Positions 16,149 through 25,097 of a stretch of 25,097 bases of DNA are shown here, piece by piece. The stretch's first letter is position 1, and each line of letters begins with the position of its first letter. The position numbers and the translations under genes were made by a program. The notes beneath the pieces are model-generated. The model saw only the letters and a list, made by a program, of their open reading frames with translations. It searched no databases and had not been told where the DNA came from. Origin of the DNA: Candidatus Heimdallarchaeota archaeon (lineage in GTDB: Archaea > Asgardarchaeota > Heimdallarchaeia > Heimdallarchaeales > Heimdallarchaeaceae); contig DXJF01000003.1 of the NCBI GenBank assembly GCA_019057375.1, positions 1-25,097 on the forward strand, written 5' to 3'.

Positions 16149-19124
16149 TCAATCTTCTTCATCTGATTCTTCAGATTCATCTGTTGATTCTTCATCGCTT
16201 TCTGAGACAATATCCTCAGCTTCAAACCCAAAAGTAACTTCGTCTGCTTCTAAAATAACTTCTTCTGCATCTAGTTGTATTTCGTCAACTTCAGTCTCTT
16301 CCATTTCATCAACATCTAGCGTTTCAGCAGGTTCTAACTCTATAATTTCCTCTTTCGGAGTTGATTCATCAGTTGATTGTAACTCACTAGATTCTTCAAC
16401 TTCTTTTATTCTAATATCGTTTGTTTCATCAGAAACCTCTTCTTCCTCCGCGATTTCATCTGGTTCAGGAATCTCATCAAAATCATCTGCAGCGATAATT
16501 TCTTCTAGAGGTTCTTCTTCTATTTCCTCTTCATCTTTTTTAGGAGGTTGAGGAATGCCAAATGACTCTGCTTTCATATCTAAATCTATAGTTTCTATGA
16601 CGACTTCTTCTGAGTCTAGCACAACTTCTCTTGAGGAGTCTATTTTCCCTTCTTCTATATCTTCTAAATCATCCTCAATTTCCTTGAGTTCTTTGTCTAG
16701 ATTACTACCGTGGTCTAAATCTTCTAGAGGAACGCCTATTTCAGCTAAATCTTCTTGTTTTAGAGAAAATTCATGCTCGAATCCGTCCATTGCAACTTCT
16801 TTTGCATCAAGCTGAACTTCTTCAGCTTCTAAATTCACAGTTTCTGTTTCAAAAAGGTCGAGTGTATCATCAAAATCTCTCGCTATTGGAATACCATATG
16901 TTTCTATATATGCCAAGAGTTTTGGATCTCTTGCTCGAATCAGGTTGTCTATTCGTTTCAATTCTTTATCTACTTGTTCAATTATTTCCAATTCTGTAGC
17001 AATATCAGCACGTTCTAGAAGATCTCGTAAGTCTACTTCTACTTGTTCAATAACATCTCCGAGTTCTTTCAAACTGGATTCTAAATCTACTTTTTGTTCT
17101 TTAGTTCTTTCTTGAAGAATACCTTCTTGAAGGAAATAAACATTTGTTATTCGATCTAAAACTTCTTGATGAGCAGCTTTTGAACCAAGAGGTTCTATTT
17201 TAGGAATAAATTGTTTTAATGTACCAACATATTTCTCAAACTGATTTTTAAGATTGAAAGTGATCTTCTCTGTTATTGCTATTATGATATATTCTCCAAT
17301 CATATCGATAAGAAGGTCTCGACCTTGTTGTGTGACTTCACTTAAAACTAGATCTTCCTCAAGAACACTTTGGGAGAAAATATTAATTGCTGCAACTAGC
17401 ATCGGAACCAAAGATGCTTCAGTTTGGTATTCATGTTTTGTTGTAAAACGATATTTCATAACAGCTGAATCTGAATCTACAAGAGCAATTCCATAGAGTT
17501 TTGAACCTACAACTTTAGGTGCTTTAACAAATTTAAATCCTTGATATTTCTTTAGTGTTTCAGACATTCTATCAGATTGTTGAAAGCCCTTATCCTCTAA
17601 AATTGAAGCAAATTTTTCTATTTTCTGATCTTTATCAATTTCTCTTAACAAGGTTTGAGCTTCTCTCTGTACTTTAGGATAATTAAACTTCTTAGCTAGC
17701 TCATTTGCTTCAGATATTGCTTCTATCGCTTTTTCTGGTTTGTTTCCATGTATCAGTAATAATCCTTTCAGGATTTGAATATCACACATTAGTCTAGGAA
17801 TAAATTGTTCTTCTGATAGATATGTGAGATTGTTTAGATAACTAAGAACTGATGAATAATCATTTAGTTCATTGTTGTCATTAAATCTATCAAGATGTAG
17901 TTCAGCTAATTCAAACTGAGCCTTAATAAGAAATTCAATGTTATCTAAATCCGATGCTGCTTTATTTGAGATCTCAAATGATTGTATTGCTTCATCTATC
18001 ATTCCTTTTTTCTTAAATAAAAGACCTTCAAAGTAGTAAATATTCGGTTTTACACGTATTTCTCCGACCTCTTCAAGCTTCTGTTTGCATAAATTTATTG
18101 ATGTTTCCGCTAGTTCAAAATTATCTCTTTCAATTGCAATCCAAGCAGATAATAGATAAGGTTGAATAAGATTTAATTCCATTTCTTCTTCAAGTTTTAA
18201 AGCAACATCAAGCATTTCTTTTGCTTCTTCATATCTCTCTAAAAGCAGACATAATTCAGCGATATTTGTTGCACTTACAGCTTTTGCTCGGGGATTCTTG
18301 GAAACAAGTTTGTGAATTTGTCTGAGTAATCGAATGGATCTTTCAAAATCTCCTCTTGCTAACTCTAATTTAGCGGAATTATTCAATAGACTTGCTCTAT
18401 CAGCTGCTAAACCTGTTTCTTCAGTAGGGATAATTGCAGCATTGAGCATCTTCTGAGCCTTCTTAAATTCACCTTTGTTAATGAAAACAGTTGTAATCAG
18501 GTTTAATGCAACAGATTGGAAATAAGGATCTCTTTGTTTCACTGCATTTTGAAGAACTCTTCTAGCTAAATATTCTACCTTATCAAAATCACTTACTAGT
18601 AGAAAACCTTGAGCTGCTAGTGTGAATATTAGACAGGTTGCAAGTTTTCCTTCAAATTCATCAGCATAAGTAGCAATGTGATGATCAATTTCATCAACCG
18701 TAGTTAATGCCATTGGGTAATTTTGTTCACCATAAAGAAGTAAAAATTCTAAACTAGCTGTAATAAATGCATTTCTGGGAGTTTCTAACGCTTCGCTATA
18801 CTTCTGTTGAAACTGTAATTTCAGACTAACAATTTTATTTGTCATATGGAGTCTTGAATAAGCGTAAGCTCTGAAAAGGTAATATTCAGGTCTAGCCAAA
18901 GCTTCTGTGAGTTTTAGTAGAGACCTAAAATCACGTGTACAAATTGCTGCATCAATAGATAAATCGAGCAAATCAGCATTAACAAAATTTGTGGTAGAAT
19001 GATCAATACATGCTTTTGCAAAGCTATTCAGCGAGTATTTTTCTTGCTCTACAGAATCGAGAAGACTTACAATAAAGGGGTCGTTGAACGTTTTTTCATG
19101 TCGTATGCTAAACGGAGCAAACAT
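16149..19124 (-). CDS. TPR-repeat protein with a putative longin/roadblock-like domain and a long acidic low-complexity tail (991 aa)
   Basis: TPR-type helices such as LLNNSAKLELARGDFERSIRLL and YYFEGLLFKKKGMIDEAIQSF. Alpha/beta segment YGIALVD...LVPMLVAAINIFSQSVL at about 17200-17510. C-terminal third is strongly E/D-rich. SD-like AGGAGA upstream. Confidence 0.85.
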   Translation of the reverse strand: MFAPFSIRHEKTFNDPFIVSLLDSVEQEKYSLNSFAKACIDHSTTNFVNADLLDLSIDAAICTRDFRSLLKLTEALARPEYYLFRAYAYSRLHMTNKIVSLKLQFQQKYSEALETPRNAFITASLEFLLLYGEQNYPMALTTVDEIDHHIATYADEFEGKLATCLIFTLAAQGFLLVSDFDKVEYLARRVLQNAVKQRDPYFQSVALNLITTVFINKGEFKKAQKMLNAAIIPTEETGLAADRASLLNNSAKLELARGDFERSIRLLRQIHKLVSKNPRAKAVSATNIAELCLLLERYEEAKEMLDVALKLEEEMELNLIQPYLLSAWIAIERDNFELAETSINLCKQKLEEVGEIRVKPNIYYFEGLLFKKKGMIDEAIQSFEISNKAASDLDNIEFLIKAQFELAELHLDRFNDNNELNDYSSVLSYLNNLTYLSEEQFIPRLMCDIQILKGLLLIHGNKPEKAIEAISEANELAKKFNYPKVQREAQTLLREIDKDQKIEKFASILEDKGFQQSDRMSETLKKYQGFKFVKAPKVVGSKLYGIALVDSDSAVMKYRFTTKHEYQTEASLVPMLVAAINIFSQSVLEEDLVLSEVTQQGRDLLIDMIGEYIIIAITEKITFNLKNQFEKYVGTLKQFIPKIEPLGSKAAHQEVLDRITNVYFLQEGILQERTKEQKVDLESSLKELGDVIEQVEVDLRDLLERADIATELEIIEQVDKELKRIDNLIRARDPKLLAYIETYGIPIARDFDDTLDLFETETVNLEAEEVQLDAKEVAMDGFEHEFSLKQEDLAEIGVPLEDLDHGSNLDKELKEIEDDLEDIEEGKIDSSREVVLDSEEVVIETIDLDMKAESFGIPQPPKKDEEEIEEEPLEEIIAADDFDEIPEPDEIAEEEEVSDETNDIRIKEVEESSELQSTDESTPKEEIIELEPAETLDVDEMEETEVDEIQLDAEEVILEADEVTFGFEAEDIVSESDEESTDESEESDEED

Positions 19125-19345
19125 CTATTAGTCTCCTTATCTCATCTTATATCAAGTGGTCTCAACATATATATGATAGTAACACTCTGAAATTCTAATA
19201 ATTCATTACTCTAAATATCTATTTAAACATTCATTTAGAAACCAGTCTATCCCCGATTTAATACCTCAATCTAATGAAACAACTTTTTCTTCATTCCTCT
19301 TACTTTGCAGAAATCTTACAGTAGTATTTAGGAACGCCCAAACTA

Positions 19346-20167
19346 TTAGTTCTCAATTTTTCTAATCAGCTCTACTAAAGGAAAACTATGAGCAGCGATA
19401 TTGGTTTCTAAATCATAATATTCAGAATCTTTTATAGCTTTGTGAATATTTAGAGTAATTTCTGAAGCATGAGCTTTGTCTTTTTCTGCAGCTATGAAAA
19501 TACACTTGTTTTCAACTTTAGCTAATTGTTCATCTGTTATTCTGAACTTTCTTTGTGTTAACATGGTTTTACGAACTCTACTAGCATTGTAGCTGTCAAA
19601 ATACCCCCAATATTTCTTAGCTTGATCCTTCTGACTTCTATCAAGATAGATATATTTAATCACAAATTTTGCTGCAGGTTTGACAAAGAAATTCCAAACA
19701 AGGGGAATGGTGATGTATACAAATGGCCATGTGTAACCTGGAACCTCTATACGTAGAACTGGTCCAACCATATAAACTGTTCTAGGAGAAAGAATACCCA
19801 TACTCATAGCAAGTAAAGTGAAACCAGCTCCATAACTAGAAGCAATCATAAGATAATCTTCTAACAATAAATAATCAATGACTTCAGCAATGTCTCGAGC
19901 AAAACGCTCTGCGCTAAAATCAGGTTTCTTTCTTAATTGAGCTGTATGTTTTTCCCTTGTTTCTATGACATAGACTCTGTGATTTTTCATCATCTCAAGT
20001 AAAACATCATCCCAAGCACTTGGTAGACTACCAAAACCAGGTAATAATACTAATGTATCCTTGATTTCTCCTTCTGGTTCATAATAAAGAACACGGAGAA
20101 TATCTAAACCACCTTCTCCAACCTGAACATTTAAAACAGTAGAAAATTCCTCAAACTTTGAACTCAT
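19346..20167 (-). CDS. Alpha/beta-fold hydrolase
   Basis: LVLLPGFGS oxyanion loop, IASSYGAG nucleophile elbow, AAEKD acid, AAHSFP catalytic His. Confidence 0.85.
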   Translation of the reverse strand: MSSKFEEFSTVLNVQVGEGGLDILRVLYYEPEGEIKDTLVLLPGFGSLPSAWDDVLLEMMKNHRVYVIETREKHTAQLRKKPDFSAERFARDIAEVIDYLLLEDYLMIASSYGAGFTLLAMSMGILSPRTVYMVGPVLRIEVPGYTWPFVYITIPLVWNFFVKPAAKFVIKYIYLDRSQKDQAKKYWGYFDSYNASRVRKTMLTQRKFRITDEQLAKVENKCIFIAAEKDKAHASEITLNIHKAIKDSEYYDLETNIAAHSFPLVELIRKIEN

Positions 20168-20240
20168 TAAGAGTTTTGAATATTACTCTTTTTTAAACTT
20201 ATTTCCTAATCCAACTGATTTAAATAAAGAATAAAGATGT

Positions 20241-21122
20241 CTAAAAATCAAAAATAGTAGTAACGACTTTAGTCTTAGCTGGATAATCTTGTTTTATTGA
20301 AAAAGTTAGTCCATCTCGGATATTTTCTACTTCAGATACAGTAAAAACAAACTTAGCTGTATAAGATTCCTCAGTCATTGAAGCAGGAATGAAACGGATG
20401 TATATTATACCATTAGCAACTTCAATTAAATCTCCTGAAACAGAGCTAACATGTATGGAATCATCCTTTTCATCATAAATTCTTATTTCAAGATTTTGTA
20501 ACGGAAAGTTTGAATTATTTTCTATATTAAAACTAATTTTTTGGGTATCTTTGAGAGCTTTTTTATCAACAATTACAACATTCATTTCAGGTTTTTCAGC
20601 AATAATTTTTGGTTTGGGTTTTGTTTTTGGTTGTGGAATAAGTTTAGTCTCAGACTGATTCCCAGATTTAGTAGTAGAATCTTTCTTCTTATTTTCTGTG
20701 TCCTTTTTTGCCTTTGTTCGTGGTTGATATGTAGATTTAGTTTTTAGAGCTGAAGGGTTATTTATCCAATTAATAATTGTTTTTATGAAGGAATATTTCA
20801 CAGGATTTAGCAAATATCTTGTAACGCCTAAATCCTGTTGCTTGGTTCTAAGACCCAGAATAACTAATTCCCTTACTTGTGTTTTAGTACCTGGGAAACT
20901 ATCTTTGAGATCATCTGTCAGATTTTCTACTGCTTTGATGGTTCTTTTATAAACTCCATAGAACTCTTTGTAGTTTGCTACATAATTTTCCCTTGTTTCT
21001 TTTTCTTTAGTATTAATAGATCTCAATCCCTTACATGAAGAAGCTACTTCTTTGATTTCTTCATCTGTAAGAACCCTTTTAATATTCTTTATAACAAGAG
21101 AAATTTCACTTGTAGAAGCCAT
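20241..21122 (-). CDS. Hypothetical protein: helical N-domain, Lys/Pro/Thr-rich linker, beta-sandwich-like C-domain
   Basis: Long ORF co-oriented with its neighbours. Linker KAKKDTENKKKDSTTK...PQPKTKPKPK. C-terminal alternating pattern ISFNIENNSNFPLQNLEIRIY. Confidence 0.75.
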   Translation of the reverse strand: MASTSEISLVIKNIKRVLTDEEIKEVASSCKGLRSINTKEKETRENYVANYKEFYGVYKRTIKAVENLTDDLKDSFPGTKTQVRELVILGLRTKQQDLGVTRYLLNPVKYSFIKTIINWINNPSALKTKSTYQPRTKAKKDTENKKKDSTTKSGNQSETKLIPQPKTKPKPKIIAEKPEMNVVIVDKKALKDTQKISFNIENNSNFPLQNLEIRIYDEKDDSIHVSSVSGDLIEVANGIIYIRFIPASMTEESYTAKFVFTVSEVENIRDGLTFSIKQDYPAKTKVVTTIFDF

Positions 21123-21174
21123 TAACCCATCTTAAATAAAAAGAGAATTCAATATAAAAGCCCAAAAAAACAAC

Positions 21175-21882
21175 TCAGAGGATAGATTTCTTATGATCCC
21201 ACCATTCTTGAAAAGTTAAATTTTTAAGATTTTTATTTTCTTCTTTTAAATCTAGTGCATAATTCAATAATAACGAACCTTTAGCACGAATATATCCACC
21301 TATTGGAGCTTTGAAAATCTGGTGATTATGTTTTCTACCAACAAAGAGTTTCTGGTTAATTGAAAGGATGTTTTTAGCATCTGTTTCTAATTGAGTATTG
21401 AAATGTACAACCAATCTAGAGCTTGCTGAAAAAACATTTACATCCTCAACAGCTGTTAGATAATTCTTCCCTAAAGCAAGATAAACAAGTTCATATTTTT
21501 CTTCAGCAATTCTCTTAACTTCATCTGGTATAGATAAATTTCTAGCCATGACTTGAATATCTTTCTTTGTTTTATTTGTAAAGGAACAATCATAAGGAGG
21601 AAGCAGCTCTTTTTCATCAACTAATCCAAAACCAGCAGATAAGATTAGGTGTTCAACTGAACTAATAAGTCTTAATACTTCAATTGACTTACGAACAAAC
21701 TTAGCTTGTTCTCCAGTATAGAGATTTCCTGCCTCTAAGCTCAAATTCTGAAAATTCTTTTTAGCAGTTTCTCTCTGTTGGTGATTACTCAAATTAGAAC
21801 AAGTTGGTTGATTAGGATGAGAAACAGCTTTGAGTTTTCCACAAGAACTAATCACAAGAATAGATGATCTAATTTCACTCAT
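21175..21882 (-). CDS. YaaA/DUF328-DUF6884-like protein
   Basis: Pattern ISSCGKLK...AGNLYTG...ILSAGFGLV.....PPYDCSF resembles the SC..K / A..LY.G / ILSA.YGL / YD signature of this superfamily, recalled from memory. Confidence 0.6.
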   Translation of the reverse strand: MSEIRSSILVISSCGKLKAVSHPNQPTCSNLSNHQQRETAKKNFQNLSLEAGNLYTGEQAKFVRKSIEVLRLISSVEHLILSAGFGLVDEKELLPPYDCSFTNKTKKDIQVMARNLSIPDEVKRIAEEKYELVYLALGKNYLTAVEDVNVFSASSRLVVHFNTQLETDAKNILSINQKLFVGRKHNHQIFKAPIGGYIRAKGSLLLNYALDLKEENKNLKNLTFQEWWDHKKSIL

Positions 21883-21990
21883 TCGGCTTTTCTCTCCTTT
21901 TTCAAGTAATATAACGCATATATTTCTATGCTTGGGGACTATATTTATATTGTTGTGAAATAAGTTAAGTTATCTCTGAGAGGATATACA

Positions 21991-23151
21991 TTGACTCTAA
22001 ATGACATTGAAAAGTCCTTGTCCATTTTTGAAAATAAGAATAATACTGTTCAGCAGATTTATGATTCACGATATTGTAATTTTTGTGGAGCTTGCATTCA
22101 CAGTTGTCCTGTAGATGCGATTGAATATTTAGATCCTCAAATATTAGTTAAAGATAACTGTATTCATTGTGGAAATTGCTTGGAATTATGCTCTCAAAAT
22201 CAAGAAGTAAGATATTCCAAACAAATGATTGATGTTGAGAAAAATGACCAAATTAAAGATTTTCATTCAAAAATAGCTGATGTTCCCTTAGGTCGTTTTA
22301 TAGAGATCTGGAATGGTTCCTCTAGTTCTAGAAAAACGAGAAATAGAACTATGGCAGGTGGAATTACTACAAGTCTATTGTATACAGCTTTATCAGAAAA
22401 TGTAGTCGATGCTGTTCTTATTCCAGAATTTACTGAAAACAAACAAAATCCTAGAGGGAAATTAATTGCAAATCCAGAAGAATTACTTCAATTAGGAGGA
22501 AGTAAATATTTACCTACTCTTTCTTTAGATAGACTTGATGAAATTGCGAATAACCAAGATATTGATAGAATAGCAATTACCACATTACCTTGTCAAGCAT
22601 ATGTGATTAAGAAAATGTTTCTTGACACTCAATATGAGAAACTTGTTAAAAAGATCAATTTAGTATTAACATTGTTTTGTGGGAGTGGTATTCCCTATAG
22701 AGATGATGTGGAATTCTTTCTGAAAGCCAAAGGAGTTACAGAAAGTTTATCAGAACTGAAAGTGATTCGAAGAAGAGAAAGAAGGATATGGCGAATTAAT
22801 CCTCAAGACATTGAAAGATATATCTTTATTACAAAAGATGGTAAGGAAGTAAGTATCTCTTCCAGCAGAATTTTAAGATGTAAAACTAAGCCTAATTGCA
22901 GTACAATTTGTCCTGATTATACAGGTTATTTTAGTGATGTTTCAATAGGAGCATCTCACATATCTGCAAATATAATTATTGCAAGAACAGAAAAAGGAAG
23001 AGAATTAGTTAAATTGGCAATTGAAAAAGAATTTATCAAGACAAAAAATTTCTCGAAAATTAACAACTTCTTAATTAATTTCATGGGTAAAAATAAAAGG
23101 GATCTAAAAAGAAAGTTATATCGCGAATTTTTCAAAAACAAGCAGGTATAA
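21991..23151 (+). CDS. Coenzyme F420 hydrogenase/dehydrogenase beta-subunit family protein (FrhB/FpoF-like) with N-terminal 2x[4Fe-4S] domain
   Basis: CNFCGACIHSCP and CIHCGNCLELC ferredoxin motifs; GGITTSLL, GSKY, LPCQ, TLFC and C..CPDYT..FSDVSIG FrhB motifs. TTG start after an SD-like GAGAGGA. Confidence 0.85.
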   Translation: MTLNDIEKSLSIFENKNNTVQQIYDSRYCNFCGACIHSCPVDAIEYLDPQILVKDNCIHCGNCLELCSQNQEVRYSKQMIDVEKNDQIKDFHSKIADVPLGRFIEIWNGSSSSRKTRNRTMAGGITTSLLYTALSENVVDAVLIPEFTENKQNPRGKLIANPEELLQLGGSKYLPTLSLDRLDEIANNQDIDRIAITTLPCQAYVIKKMFLDTQYEKLVKKINLVLTLFCGSGIPYRDDVEFFLKAKGVTESLSELKVIRRRERRIWRINPQDIERYIFITKDGKEVSISSSRILRCKTKPNCSTICPDYTGYFSDVSIGASHISANIIIARTEKGRELVKLAIEKEFIKTKNFSKINNFLINFMGKNKRDLKRKLYREFFKNKQV

Positions 23152-23303
23152 TTTGACCTAATACAAGTGGAATTTTAAGTTTTCTAAATAGAAAAGGACT
23201 AAAAAACCTAACCTCAATATTGAGCCTATTTCAAGAATAATCAAACCTTTTGCCTGAATATCCATATGTAAAGCTCATTAAAGTGTCCTTTTTAGTCTCT
23301 CTT

Positions 23304-24587
23304 TTAGTCTTCATGTTTTATAATTGTTTCAGATTTATTTTTTTCTTCTCCTAGCAAAGATAATTCAGGCTCTACCTTCCTTTTATCGCGAAAAGCAAGT
23401 TTAAGAAGTAGTGGGGTCATAATGACTGTCACAAAAACAAGCATAATTGCCATAGTGTAAATATTTGAGTCAAATATACCATGTTGAACACCAATTCCTG
23501 CTATTACAAGTACAATTTCAGCTCTTGGAGACGTTCCTACAGCAATTTTTACTGCAGATCTATTGCTAAAGCCCATGATTCTTGAACCTGCAAAAGTCCC
23601 AATTCCTTTAGAAAGTATTGCTAGAAGAATAACTAGTACCAAAATAAAAGAGATTGATCCAGAACTAAAATCAAAATTGCTTCCTACTGAAAAGAAGAAC
23701 AACGGAATGAATATTCCTTCTCCGAATTTGACTATGGGTTCTTTGATTTCTCCTATAATTAACTTATTTTGCTGCAAAGATAAGCCCATAAGAAACGCCA
23801 TAACAACTCCAGAGAAATGAAGCTCTTCTGCAAAATAATTGATTAAAACTAATAGACTAAAAATTATTCCTAAGGCAAAATAAGGCGTTTTTGCAGAAGA
23901 GAAAATATTGTAATTGTTTTCAAGAAAGTTTAGAATTCTCGGTAAGATGAACATAATAAAAATTATAAACAGTGCTAAATATCCCAGATCTTTTAATATA
24001 GTAAAAATCCAGTTCCCTCCTTCCGGTGCAAAAAGAGCACCAGAAAGAACTAATACAAGGATTAAGGCAATAAAATCATCAAACACAGCAACAGAAAGCG
24101 TAGTCTGCCCTTCTTTTGACCCTAATTTACCTAAGGAACCTAAAGTTCTAACTGTTACACCTATACTAGTAGCTGTGAAAAGAGTACCGAAGAAAATTGC
24201 AAAAAGAATATCTTTCTTAATGATGAAATAACCTGTTAATATTCCTCCAACTAATGCTGCGGAAACTTCTATAAGTGAAATGAATAAACTATTTTTTCCA
24301 ATTTTCCTTAAATCTCCGATGTTTATCTCCAAACCAACAATAAATAATAAAAGAAGAATGCCAATTTGCGAAAATTGTTCTAAAATCTCAGCGTCCATGA
24401 AATTGGCTAATATTTCACTGCCCTTATCGCCAAATAATCTAAATATTGGACCACCAATGAGAACTCCAGCAAGTAGTTCTCCCAGAATGGATGAAAGTTT
24501 TAACCTTTCAAATATTTCTCCTAAAATTCGTGCACTAAGAAGTCCGATTCCTATAAACAACAGTATGCGAAGAACTTGCTCACTCAT
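23304..24587 (-). CDS. Cation:proton antiporter, CPA2 (NapA-like), no fused regulatory domain
   Basis: LGELLAGVLIGGP, LLFIVGLEIN, TATSIGVTVRTL, AVFDDF, FIPLFFFSVG, SKGIG, PRAEIVLVI. ATG at 24587 follows GAGG and overlaps the upstream stop (ATGAGTGA). Confidence 0.92.
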   Translation of the reverse strand: MSEQVLRILLFIGIGLLSARILGEIFERLKLSSILGELLAGVLIGGPIFRLFGDKGSEILANFMDAEILEQFSQIGILLLLFIVGLEINIGDLRKIGKNSLFISLIEVSAALVGGILTGYFIIKKDILFAIFFGTLFTATSIGVTVRTLGSLGKLGSKEGQTTLSVAVFDDFIALILVLVLSGALFAPEGGNWIFTILKDLGYLALFIIFIMFILPRILNFLENNYNIFSSAKTPYFALGIIFSLLVLINYFAEELHFSGVVMAFLMGLSLQQNKLIIGEIKEPIVKFGEGIFIPLFFFSVGSNFDFSSGSISFILVLVILLAILSKGIGTFAGSRIMGFSNRSAVKIAVGTSPRAEIVLVIAGIGVQHGIFDSNIYTMAIMLVFVTVIMTPLLLKLAFRDKRKVEPELSLLGEEKNKSETIIKHED

Positions 24588-25097
24588 CTTCCTCACGCTC
24601 GAGGTCTAGAACGAGCAGTTTAGAATCATTACTAGTTTCCTTCCAGATGTTTCGTACAGCAAGAATTATATCATTTATTGAGATTAAACCATCAACAGGA
24701 TCATCTTTTGTCTTAGCTCTTGGTAAGACAGTAGATTCATATTTAATCATACATTCAGTAACACGGGAGATTTTATCATCATCTAAGATAATAGGCAAGT
24801 TTTGATTGGCCAAATCTCTAGCTGTAGTGCAGGAAAAAGTCTTTGCTTTTGAAAGAACATTTGTAATATCTGTATGTAATGTCGCAAATAGTACTATAAA
24901 GTCTTTTGGAGATATTAACCCATAATATTTGCCTTCTTCGTCTACAACTATTAGAATTTTTGAATTCTTATCGAAAGATTCATCCAGAATAGAAAAACAA
25001 GGAGTTGTTTCAATAACAGTTGGAACTTTGAGTAATGAAAAGTCTTCAGCTTTCATTTCTTTGATTTTGGAGATAAAGTCATCAAATAAAGTTTCCA
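24580..25097 (-). CDS. CBS-domain pair protein (5' end probably at or beyond the right edge)
   Basis: CBS patterns ILIVVDEEGKYYGLISPKDFI and VLP......VDGLISINDII. The frame is open upstream of the track's ATG (25056) to the edge: ..ETLFDDFISKIKEMKAED. Confidence 0.85.
   Translation of the reverse strand, partial: ETLFDDFISKIKEMKAEDFSLLKVPTVIETTPCFSILDESFDKNSKILIVVDEEGKYYGLISPKDFIVLFATLHTDITNVLSKAKTFSCTTARDLANQNLPIILDDDKISRVTECMIKYESTVLPRAKTKDDPVDGLISINDIILAVRNIWKETSNDSKLLVLDLEREEDE

Noticed and set aside
19125-19345. 221-bp intergenic gap as a possible ncRNA or small ORF
   Set aside because: No GC-rich stem, tRNA-like fold or ORF beyond a few codons was seen.
7357-24582. Selenocysteine read-through at TGA stops (LLM 8211, MFS2 10142, TPR 16149, CBS 24580)
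   Set aside because: The proteins look complete at these stops and none falls at a catalytic Cys position.
4041-24609. Remaining short track ORFs opposite or inside long genes (e.g. 4041, 4388, 5679, 6576, 8082, 8699, 9182, 9491, 9770, 10412, 11403, 16555, 16790, 17254, 18999, 20541, 22956, 23563, 23914, 24280)
   Set aside because: All lie largely or wholly antisense to well-supported genes and show no motifs.

Overview
An AT-rich archaeal chromosomal window. It most resembles an Asgard (Heimdallarchaeia-like) genome; that is inferred from gene content and protein style, not from a marker gene. In order it holds: a copper efflux pair (copA, cut by the left edge, plus copZ); a small membrane-protein gene broken by two apparent homopolymer frameshifts; a GH2 glycoside hydrolase; a winged-helix regulator divergent from an MFS - LLM oxidoreductase - MFS paralog block; stand-alone TrpB2; a C-terminally anchored beta-helix surface protein; an orphan family-5 solute-binding protein; a rubredoxin missed by the ORF track; a 991-aa TPR / longin-like / acidic-tail protein; an alpha/beta hydrolase; two poorly characterised proteins; a stand-alone FrhB-type protein; and a coupled CBS protein + CPA2 antiporter pair (CBS gene open to the right edge). 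The best unexpected signal is that the solute-binding protein appears circularly permuted relative to canonical DppA/OppA. Also notable: two single genes (LLM and beta-helix) are each flanked by their own intergenic direct repeats, and one repeat is followed by an orphan membrane-anchor remnant. I found no tRNA, rRNA, CRISPR array or transposase/integrase. All family assignments come from motif recognition by eye; no searches were run.
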